Shown: piece after piece, positions 57,161 to 64,000 of the stretch
Numbering within the stretch: the stretch's first letter is position 1
How the letters are laid out: each line of letters opens with the position of its first letter
From: Alphaproteobacteria bacterium
GTDB taxonomy: Bacteria > Pseudomonadota > Alphaproteobacteria > Caulobacterales > Aquidulcibacteraceae
Assembly: GCA_031399165.1 (NCBI GenBank)
Contig: JANNOO010000033.1
Coordinates: 5,830 to 69,829, forward strand
DNA: 64,000 bases
Direction of reading: 5' to 3'
Program-made: the position numbers and the translations under genes
The notes under the pieces: generated by a model
Told to the model about the DNA's origin: nothing
Database searches by the model: none
Seen by the model: the letters and a program-made list of their open reading frames with translations, nothing else

Positions 57161-57871
57161 TCAAGCGCGTTCGGCGGCAACCTCCTCAAGCAGCGCAAGC
57201 AGCGCTGTTTCACGCGGCGCGGAAGCAACGAGGATTCTCTTGAAATCAAAGGCGGAAGCGCGCTCGGCAGATCGCCCGCCAATACACAACGCATTGAGCC
57301 GCGCAGCCTGTGAACGAAAAAGGGCAGCCTCGGCAATTCGGCAAAATGATTCGGCGCCGCGCGCACTATGAAAAATTACTGAATCCCCGGACGCGTGATT
57401 TGTGAGTAAACTTACCGCCGCTGGCGTAAGCGCATGTGCCATCCGCGCGCGATAAACGATCAGGCGCCGCGCCTCGTACCCGGCGTCGGCGATCGCTTCG
57501 GCAACATTGGCGGCAATATCCTCGCCGCTGACGTGCACCATCGCGCCAGCGCCCGGATCGAGCCCCCGCGCCAGGGCGACGAGATCGACCGCCGCACCAT
57601 CAGCCGAACGCACATCTGTGTAACCGATTGCGCGCGCGGCCTCCGCCGTCCCATCGCCCACGGTCAGCGCCGGCAAATCTTGCATGCCAAGGGCGCGCAC
57701 GCCGGCCGCACTGGTAAATAGCAGGGCCTGCACGCCGGCGGCATCGAAGGTGAACGGCAACGTCTCGGTGATCAGCGCCGGCGACACGACAGGGCGATGG
57801 CCCATGCGCGCAATACGCGCCGCGCTGGCCTCCGCTTCCGGCGCCGCACGCGTGATCAGTACGCGGATCAT
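57161..57871 (-). CDS. hemD: uroporphyrinogen-III synthase
   Basis: 236 aa. HemD-like pattern ([13 protein letters not shown]..., ..LLFTSAAGV..) and a 4-nt overlap with hemC. Confidence 0.8.
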   Translation of the reverse strand: MIRVLITRAAPEAEASAARIARMGHRPVVSPALITETLPFTFDAAGVQALLFTSAAGVRALGMQDLPALTVGDGTAEAARAIGYTDVRSADGAAVDLVALARGLDPGAGAMVHVSGEDIAANVAEAIADAGYEARRLIVYRARMAHALTPAAVSLLTNHASGDSVIFHSARGAESFCRIAEAALFRSQAARLNALCIGGRSAERASAFDFKRILVASAPRETALLALLEEVAAERA

Positions 57872-58815
57872 ATCATCGCGGCGAGCGCCGTTCCGGCTTT
57901 GGCCCTGATCGCGCGCCCAAGCTCAAAGCCGAAAGCCGCCGCCTCCGTCGCATTTGGCAGCGCGGCGGCGTGGCGCGTTTCGTAAAACCGCTGCGCGCCG
58001 TCCTCCGAGAACACTTCGCCGTGCATGCGCCAGCCGGCGCCGTCACGCGCCGCGTGCGCAGCGATCGGCGTGCGGCACGAACCGTCGAGCTCGATCAAAA
58101 ACGCGCGCTCCGCCGCCACCGCAATCCAGGCAGCCTCATTGTTTAACGCCAGCAAGGCGTCAGAAGCCCGCGTGTCGTCAGCACGCGCGGTAATCGCCAG
58201 CGCGCCCTGCGCCGGCGCGGGCAGCATATCGTCGATGTCGATGACGCTGGTGGCGTGTTTCTCAAGGCCGAGACGCTTGAGACCGGCTAGCGCGAGAAAT
58301 GTCGCGTCCGCCTCACCAGCCTCGATCTTGCGTAAGCGCGTTTCAACATTGCCGCGCAGCATCGCCATCTGCAAATCCGGACGCCGGAACAGAAGCTGCG
58401 ATTGGCGGCGCAGACTGGCGCTGCCGACGACAGCGCCATGCGCCAGCTCCGCCGGCGTCTTTGCTTTCAGCGAAATGAAGGCGTCACGCGGGTCTTCCCG
58501 CTCCGGCGTGGCGATTAATTCGATGCCGGGCGGCAGGCGCGTCGGCAGATCCTTCGCCGAATGTATGGCCAGATCAATGCGGCGATCGAACAGCGCCTCA
58601 TCCAGTTCCTTGGTGAAAAGCCCCTTGCCGCCGGCCTCGGAAAGCGGACGGTCCTGGATGCGGTCGCCGGTCGTGGTGATCGCCAAGATGGGCAGACGTT
58701 CGTCGAGACCGCCTGCCGCCACGCCCAGGAGGGCGCCAAGACGCGCCTGCGTGCGGCGCGTCTGCGCCATCGAAAGCGGGGAGCCCCGCGCGCCTATGCG
58801 AAAAATCACCGTCAT
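57868..58815 (-). CDS. hemC: hydroxymethylbilane synthase (porphobilinogen deaminase)
   Basis: [47 protein letters not shown] and GSCRTPIA motifs. Confidence 0.95.
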   Translation of the reverse strand: MTVIFRIGARGSPLSMAQTRRTQARLGALLGVAAGGLDERLPILAITTTGDRIQDRPLSEAGGKGLFTKELDEALFDRRIDLAIHSAKDLPTRLPPGIELIATPEREDPRDAFISLKAKTPAELAHGAVVGSASLRRQSQLLFRRPDLQMAMLRGNVETRLRKIEAGEADATFLALAGLKRLGLEKHATSVIDIDDMLPAPAQGALAITARADDTRASDALLALNNEAAWIAVAAERAFLIELDGSCRTPIAAHAARDGAGWRMHGEVFSEDGAQRFYETRHAAALPNATEAAAFGFELGRAIRAKAGTALAAMI

Positions 58816-58847
58816 GCGCTAACAAGCGCGACCTATCAGGCGCGCGC

Positions 58848-59942
58848 GTGAACGACAAATCAGATTTCGGCCCCGTCCTTGGCATCGAGACCAGCTGCGA
58901 TGAAACGGCGGCGGCGGTCGTGCGCCTTGTCGGCGGCAAGCCCGAAATCCTGTCCGATGTGATCTGGAGTCAGGACGAGGAGCATGCCCCCTATGCTGGC
59001 GTGGTGCCGGAAATCGCGGCCCGGGCGCATGTCGAGAAAGTTGATTTGGCCATCGCCGAGGCGATGAGGAGCGCCGGGCTGGGGTTTGACCGCCTCGCCG
59101 GAATAGCTGCGACCGCGGGGCCGGGGCTGATCGGCGGCGTGATGGTGGGGCTGACAGCCGGCAAAGCGGTCGCGATGGCGCGCAACCTGCCCTTCTCGGC
59201 GGTGAACCACCTCGAAGGCCACGCTTTATCGCCGCGTCTGACTGGCGCGGCGCCGTTTCCTTATCTGCTGCTGCTGGCCTCGGGCGGACATTGCCAATTC
59301 ATCGCTGTGCGCGGCGTTGGCAACTATACCCGGCTGGGAACCACAATAGACGACGCGGCAGGCGAGGCGTTCGACAAAGCCGCCAAACTGCTCGGCTTCG
59401 GCTTTCCAGGCGGCCCGGCGATCGAGGCGGCGGCAAAAACGGGCGATCCGGGCCGCTACGCGCTGCCGCGGCCACTGCGCGGCCGGGCCGGGTGCGACCT
59501 TTCCTTTGCGGGATTAAAGAGCGCGCTGGCGCGGCTGGCCGAGAACGCGACCAGCGACCAGGACCGCGCCGATCTGGCCGCCTCATTCCAGGCAGCCGTA
59601 CTCGACGTCATTGATGACCGCACCGCCAACGCGATTGAGATTTACGAACGTCTAGGACTTGGCGGAGGGCTGTTCGTCACCGCCGGGGGCGTCGCCGCCA
59701 ATGCCGCGCTGCGGGCCCGGCTGGAGCGCCTAACCGAGGCGCGGGGCTATCGATTCATTGCTCCGCCACCGCGCTATTGCACGGATAACGCCGCCATGAT
59801 CGCGCTGGCAGGAATTGAACGATTAAACATTGGATTCAGCGATCAGATGAGCACGCCGCCGCGGGCGCGCTGGCCGCTGGATGAGCATGCGGCTGTAGCG
59901 CGGCCCACTCACGCGGCTGGCCGAAAGGGCGCCAAGGCGTGA
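58848..59942 (+). CDS. tsaD: tRNA N6-adenosine threonylcarbamoyltransferase
   Basis: [23 protein letters not shown] and LLASGGH motifs. GTG start. Confidence 0.95.
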   Translation: MNDKSDFGPVLGIETSCDETAAAVVRLVGGKPEILSDVIWSQDEEHAPYAGVVPEIAARAHVEKVDLAIAEAMRSAGLGFDRLAGIAATAGPGLIGGVMVGLTAGKAVAMARNLPFSAVNHLEGHALSPRLTGAAPFPYLLLLASGGHCQFIAVRGVGNYTRLGTTIDDAAGEAFDKAAKLLGFGFPGGPAIEAAAKTGDPGRYALPRPLRGRAGCDLSFAGLKSALARLAENATSDQDRADLAASFQAAVLDVIDDRTANAIEIYERLGLGGGLFVTAGGVAANAALRARLERLTEARGYRFIAPPPRYCTDNAAMIALAGIERLNIGFSDQMSTPPRARWPLDEHAAVARPTHAAGRKGAKA

Positions 59943-59954
59943 GTGAGCCGAGCC

Positions 59955-60068
59955 TTACAGAATTACCTGTGCCGCCAAGTAGAAGATTGGCGCTGCCATC
60001 GCCGCCGTGATCGCCACGGCTGCGACTACGCTGGCGACGCGAAAGCGCATGTCCAATACGTTAGCCAT
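59955..60068 (-). CDS. small hydrophobic peptide (37 aa), paralogue of 60294..60401
   Basis: MANVLDMRFRVASVVAAVAITAAMAAPIFYLAAQVIL. GGAGG lies 6 nt upstream of ATG 60068. I shortened this from ORF 59955..60158. Confidence 0.5.
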   Translation of the reverse strand: MANVLDMRFRVASVVAAVAITAAMAAPIFYLAAQVIL

Positions 60069-60293
60069 CGAAGCCTCCATTTGTTTTGATGTTGCACCTG
60101 CGAACATCACAACACCAACATGGTCTTGCCCCATTTCAGGTGAAACCCCTTGTTCCACCTAGCTCCCCTGCAATTCTGCATGGAAGTTGACGACACGTCA
60201 CCGCTATGCGCTTCGCGATCGCACATCAATTTGTTGCGATGCAATGAGCGCCGAACGAATTGTCCACAGCGGTTCCATAGGCGCGCATCGGGT

Positions 60294-60401
60294 TTAGCCG
60301 ATGATCTGAGCCGCCAGCAGCGCGATCGGGCTGCCGAAGAAAGCGAACACGCCGGTCGCCGCGATCAGAGCGGCGATACGAAAGAAAACTGAGCTTGCCA
60401 T
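60294..60401 (-). CDS. small hydrophobic peptide (35 aa), paralogue of 59955..60068
   Basis: Hand translation gives MASSVFFRIAALIAATGVFAFFGSPIALLAAQIIG*. GGAG lies 8 nt upstream of ATG 60401. It falls below the ORF-track length cut-off. Confidence 0.5.
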   Translation of the reverse strand: MASSVFFRIAALIAATGVFAFFGSPIALLAAQIIG

Positions 60402-60638
60402 GTGACGATCTCCATCAATCAATGATGAGAAGAATATACACTCAACCTGAACCGCGAGTGAATATTTTACATTTCATTTAGTAGTCACACCGCAAAGTCC
60501 GGACCGCTGCTTCTGACGCCATAAATTCTATTACATTCAATAGCATAGCTCCGCATTTCAGCGTGTTACTCCGTGTAGCTGACGACCAAGCGCTCCGATT
60601 TTTGCAAAATGTAGCTTTGTGGCGGCTTTGACGCGCCG
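60402..60638. other. AT-rich non-coding spacer between the TetR gene and the small-peptide ORFs
   Basis: This stretch is conspicuously A+T-rich relative to the window (e.g. AATGATGAGAAGAATATACA, GAATATTTTACATTTCATTTAGTAG, CATAAATTCTATTACATTCAATAGCATAG). No ORF with a ribosome-binding site is present. Confidence 0.6.
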
Positions 60639-61259
60639 CTATTGCTCGTTAGCAGCGGCGCGAGCGTCGTAATCCGGGCGGTAAAGCCCGTTCAGAATCA
60701 GAGTCAGCACGCCATCCAGCTCGCGCTCGAGCTTTGGCAGAGCAAGCATCGAAAACAGGTGGGGAAACGAGAATTTCTGAGTCGCCGCCTGAACCATTTC
60801 GGCGGTGTATTCCACGTCCATCGGCCGAAAGAGGCTGTCCTCCGCGCCATCCTTCAAAACCTCTGCCAGGAACACCCGTTGCAACGCCATTTGCTCGCTA
60901 TGTCCGAGCGGGCGTTCGGTTTTCAGAACTTCAGCCAGTTCGATGATCTTGGCGTCACGCTCGATCAGCGCGTAATTTTCGCGCATCTGGACCGTGAGGA
61001 TATCGCGCAAGCGCTTGTCCGCCGGCGCCCCCTTCCGGCGCGCAATCGCGGAAAGACGCCCGTTCTGTTCCATCGCATGCTGACGCGCGATGGCCTCGGC
61101 GATGTCGATTTTCGCTTCAAAAAACCGATAGATGTTCCCCGGAGACATCCGGCAATCGGCGGCGATTTCCGCCATGGTTGTCTTGTTGTACCCGTAATGC
61201 TTGATGCGCTCGGCCGCCGCATGGAGAATGCGGTCGCGCGTGTCGATCTTCTGATCCAT
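60639..61259 (-). CDS. TetR/AcrR family transcriptional regulator
   Basis: N-terminal HTH RDRILHAAAERIKHYGYNKTTMAEIAADCRMSPGNIYRFF; 206 aa. Confidence 0.9.
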   Translation of the reverse strand: MDQKIDTRDRILHAAAERIKHYGYNKTTMAEIAADCRMSPGNIYRFFEAKIDIAEAIARQHAMEQNGRLSAIARRKGAPADKRLRDILTVQMRENYALIERDAKIIELAEVLKTERPLGHSEQMALQRVFLAEVLKDGAEDSLFRPMDVEYTAEMVQAATQKFSFPHLFSMLALPKLERELDGVLTLILNGLYRPDYDARAAANEQ

Positions 61260-61282
61260 TTCATAGGGATAAGGCGGTGGAG

Positions 61283-61306
61283 CTGAATATTCAATGAATG
61301 ATTCAG
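61283..61306. promoter_or_regulatory. palindromic TGAATATTCA plus adjacent TGAATGATTCA (candidate TetR operator)
   Basis: CTGAATATTCAATGAATGATTCAG. The core TGAATATTCA is a perfect 10-bp palindrome and the outer CTGAAT/ATTCAG arms are complementary. It spans the gpsA ATG (61294), 24 nt from the tetR start. Confidence 0.35.
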
Positions 61307-62310
61307 TCCTCCCATCTCCGCTCCAGCGCGTGGGCGTTTACGGCGCGGGCGCTTGGGGCACCGCGCTAGCGCAAGTGGCCGCCGGCGCTGGCCGGGATGT
61401 CACGCTCTGGGCGCTCGAGCCGGAATTGGTCGAAGCCATTGGGCAAAGACATATCAACCCTCTTTTCCTGCCCAATCAGGCACTGAACCAGACAATTAGA
61501 GCTACGGGCGACTTGAAAACGCTTGCCGCGTGTGACGTGATCCTGGCCGTGCCGCCGGCCCAGCACATGCGCGCCAGCCTCGCCGCGCTCGCGCCGCTTC
61601 TCAGGGGCGCGCCGATCGTTCTGTGCGCAAAGGGCGTAGAACAGACCACGCTGGCCTTAATGAGCGACATCCTGGCAGAGACGGCCCCTGACGCACCCGC
61701 AGCCGTGCTTTCAGGGCCGGGCTTCGCGATAGACGTAGCCCGCCTCCTGCCAACCGCCACCACAATCGCGTGCGCCGATCCAGCGCTCGGCGCACGCCTG
61801 GTCGCCACGCTCGGCATGCCGTCATTCCGGCCCTATCTCAGCGATGACCTTGTGGGCGCGCAGATTGGCGGGGCGGTGAAGAACGTGATCGCCATCGCCT
61901 GCGGCGTCGCCGAGGGCCGCAAGCTCGGCGAAGGCGCGCGCGCGGCCTTGATCACGCGCGGCTTCGCAGAAATGACCCGGCTTGGCCTGGCGATGGGCGC
62001 GCGCGCCGAAACGCTGAACGGCCTCTGCGGCCTCGGCGATCTCGTGCTCACCTGCGTTTCGCGCACCTCGCGCAACACTTCGTTCGGCATCGGCCTAGGC
62101 GAAGGCAAAACGCCGGCTGAATTGATCGCGGGCAGCCGCTCAGTCGCCGAAGGCGCGGCAACCGCGCCGGCCGTGGCCGCGTTGGCAAAGAAACACAATA
62201 TCGAGATGCCAATCTGCGAAGCGATTGATGGGGTGCTCGCGGGCAGGCTGAGCGTCGAAGCGGCGATCGGCGCGCTGCTCTCGCGGCCGTTCCGCGCAGA
62301 AGGGCAATGA
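61294..62310 (+). CDS. gpsA: NAD(P)H-dependent glycerol-3-phosphate dehydrogenase
   Basis: [14 protein letters not shown] Rossmann motif, ..LSGPGFA.., [12 protein letters not shown]. Confidence 0.95.
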   Translation: MNDSVLPSPLQRVGVYGAGAWGTALAQVAAGAGRDVTLWALEPELVEAIGQRHINPLFLPNQALNQTIRATGDLKTLAACDVILAVPPAQHMRASLAALAPLLRGAPIVLCAKGVEQTTLALMSDILAETAPDAPAAVLSGPGFAIDVARLLPTATTIACADPALGARLVATLGMPSFRPYLSDDLVGAQIGGAVKNVIAIACGVAEGRKLGEGARAALITRGFAEMTRLGLAMGARAETLNGLCGLGDLVLTCVSRTSRNTSFGIGLGEGKTPAELIAGSRSVAEGAATAPAVAALAKKHNIEMPICEAIDGVLAGRLSVEAAIGALLSRPFRAEGQ

Positions 62311-62684
62311 GCGAGCCCAACCGCGCACGGCCCGCAGACGGGACGGCGCTAATCGCCCTCAACACGCTCAAACCGGGCGGCGCGGCCGTGGTCGATTTCC
62401 GCACTGGCGACGCGCTTTATTCGCTGATTATCGCGCGCGACGATCAGCGAATCTACGCGTACGAAAATTCCTGTCCGCACGCGCGCGCGCCGCTTGAGCG
62501 CTTCGACGGCGTTATGATCGTGGAACAGAAGCGCTTCATCGTGTGCGCCATGCACGGCGCGTCTTTTGGCCTGACAGATGGAAAATGCGTTGGCGGACCC
62601 GCGCTCGGGACAGCGCTAACGCGTGAGGCAATCTATGTGGAAGCGGGCATTGTGCGCTTAGGCGTCGGGCCCGCGCCCGCGTGA
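62307..62684 (+). CDS. small Rieske [2Fe-2S] domain protein
   Basis: CPHARAPL ... CAMHGASF (C-x-H ... C-x-x-H); 125 aa; ATGA overlap with gpsA. Confidence 0.85.
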   Translation: MSEPNRARPADGTALIALNTLKPGGAAVVDFRTGDALYSLIIARDDQRIYAYENSCPHARAPLERFDGVMIVEQKRFIVCAMHGASFGLTDGKCVGGPALGTALTREAIYVEAGIVRLGVGPAPA

Positions 62685-63575
62685 GCCGCCGCCCCTAAAC
62701 ATGCTCGCCACCGCGCCAATGCCGAGCAGCAGCGCGAGCCCACCGCCGATATATGATACCCAGCCCTGCTTACCGCCCGGCAGAATATCAGCCAGCGCAA
62801 AAGGCTCGGCCGCCGCTGCAGGCGGCAGCGCAGCGGGCGCGGCGGTGACACGCGCCTTGCCGTCAATCAGGCCCGGCAGATTGTATTGCGACACGCGATC
62901 GCTTGATGAAATGAAATCGGCGTAGCGCTGACCGGCGTTGAACGTGACCATGCTCCGCACAGTGCGCGCTTCGGTACGGACCTTCTCCAGCTGCGCTGGG
63001 CGCGCGATCGTTGTGATCCCGACCACACCGGCGCGTCCCAGTACGCGGGTTTCGTACCGCAGGGACGCAGCATTCCTGTTGCGCGCATCGTATTGCTCGC
63101 CCCAGGTCAGCGTCTTGCCGGAATAATCGTACGAAGGCGTGGCGGCGAACGACACCAGCGCCGGCTCGGGCGCGCGCGCCAGCTTTACGCTATCGATAAA
63201 ATTCAAGGAGCCCAGCTCGTCCGCGCCGGTCTCGGGTACGTTGCCGACGGCGTCGTATGTAATGACCGAGACCCAGTAATCCGCGGCGCCAGCTTTTTTG
63301 CCCACTGGCGCGACGGCGCCCATTTGCTGGCCCGCCGGGGCGCGCGCATCCAGCGTGCGCAGGAGCGGCGGCACGTCCTGCGGCGGGATGTAGACATAGC
63401 CCTTTATCAGATCGAGGCGCACGGCGCCGCCGCCGCCAATATTGTTGGTCTGCGTAACGCCGGCGGCCTTCTTCGTTTCGGTGCGCGAAAGCTGCGTGTC
63501 CGGTCCGTCAGCGAACGCTGCGCCGGACGCAAAAACCGCGGCGCAGGCCGCCACGAAAACCGAAAGAACGCGCAT
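62658..63575 (-). CDS. DUF2167 membrane-anchored protein
   Basis: Signal peptide, the ..GYVYIPPQDV.. and ..LRYETRVLGRAGV.. pattern, and a C-terminal TM (WVSYIGGGLALLLGIGAVA). Confidence 0.7.
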   Translation of the reverse strand: MRVLSVFVAACAAVFASGAAFADGPDTQLSRTETKKAAGVTQTNNIGGGGAVRLDLIKGYVYIPPQDVPPLLRTLDARAPAGQQMGAVAPVGKKAGAADYWVSVITYDAVGNVPETGADELGSLNFIDSVKLARAPEPALVSFAATPSYDYSGKTLTWGEQYDARNRNAASLRYETRVLGRAGVVGITTIARPAQLEKVRTEARTVRSMVTFNAGQRYADFISSSDRVSQYNLPGLIDGKARVTAAPAALPPAAAAEPFALADILPGGKQGWVSYIGGGLALLLGIGAVASMFRGGGSRGRGPDA

Positions 63576-63654
63576 GGAAACCCCTCCTTAGCGCCGCCGT
63601 ACGCCGCCCCGAAAACTTTAGCATAGCGCTATTGCGGTTTTGTCGCGAGCGCTG

Positions 63655-64000
63655 TCAGCCTTGGATCGCCGCACGCAGCGCCGCAGCTGCTTCGGCCATC
63701 GCTGTATCAACGGCTTCGCGCCACGCCGCCATCGTTTTCCCCACCGCAGCAGCTTGAGGATAAAGCGCGGCGCGCGACGAGGAGACGAAGCCGCCTTCAA
63801 GCCCGTGGGGTCCGGCGACAAAACCGGCGACCGCGTCAGCGGCGCCCGCCCCTTGCGCGCCAAAGCCTGGCACCAGGAAGAGCGTGTTGGGCAGCAAGGC
63901 GCGCAGCCGGCGTGCTTCATCGGGGTAAGTCGCGCCGCACACCGCCATCAGACCCGACCACTCGTTTTCGCCTTTCAGGCGACTTGCGTAGGGCGCAATC
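63655..64000 (-). CDS. pyrF: orotidine-5'-phosphate decarboxylase (type 2), C-terminal part; ORF runs off the right edge
   Basis: ..FLVPGFGAQGAGAADAV.. is the conserved type-2 PyrF loop. The frame stays open from 63948 to nt 64000 (hand-translated ..IAPYASRLKGENEWSGLMAV..). Confidence 0.8.
   Translation of the reverse strand, partial: IAPYASRLKGENEWSGLMAVCGATYPDEARRLRALLPNTLFLVPGFGAQGAGAADAVAGFVAGPHGLEGGFVSSSRAALYPQAAAVGKTMAAWREAVDTAMAEAAAALRAAIQG

Overview
A 64-kb chromosomal segment from a high-G+C alphaproteobacterium. The gene content looks Caulobacterales-like: FlbT/FlaF flagellin regulators, sigma54-type flagellin promoters, and hemC-hemD-Mic60-like-hemY synteny. I call about 65 protein genes, 3 tRNAs (Lys-CUU, Met/Ile2-CAU, Thr-CGU), one frameshifted gene, several intrinsic terminators and a few candidate regulatory sites.

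Layout, left to right:
1. 1-16.6 kb: a flagellin and pseudaminic-acid glycosylation island. It holds pseI, a cytidylyltransferase, pseH, two tandem flagellins, pseB, pseG, an acyltransferase and flbT-flaF. A DEAD-box helicase plus porin-like OMP block interrupts it. An uncharacterised secreted-protein/TPR pair follows it.
2. 16.7-22.2 kb: lipocalin, DUF3445, then a TIR-like protein convergent on a RyR-domain/Hpt/NUDIX run beside tRNA-Lys.
3. 22.3-39.5 kb: housekeeping and transport genes. These are an ABC exporter, modBC, a 3-hydroxyisobutyryl-CoA-hydrolase-like gene, the CCA enzyme, the MoxR-DUF58-DUF4159 operon, GNAT, MFS and pirin.
4. 39.6-49 kb: a response regulator, queE-queC, cutA, a TonB receptor, an aminotransferase, an alpha-glucosidase and an MFS transporter.
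5. 49-54.4 kb: two tRNAs, then a candidate MurL/MurD2 alternative D-Glu peptidoglycan module with ldcA and a MurC paralogue.
6. 54.4-64 kb: hemY-like, a Mic60-like gene split by a 19-bp tandem duplication, hemD, hemC and tsaD. Next comes an AT-rich insertion carrying a TetR gene and two paralogous ~35-aa hydrophobic peptide ORFs, then gpsA, Rieske, DUF2167 and a partial pyrF.

I saw no CRISPR array, transposase or integrase. All functional calls come from motif recognition in the supplied translations; no database search was possible.
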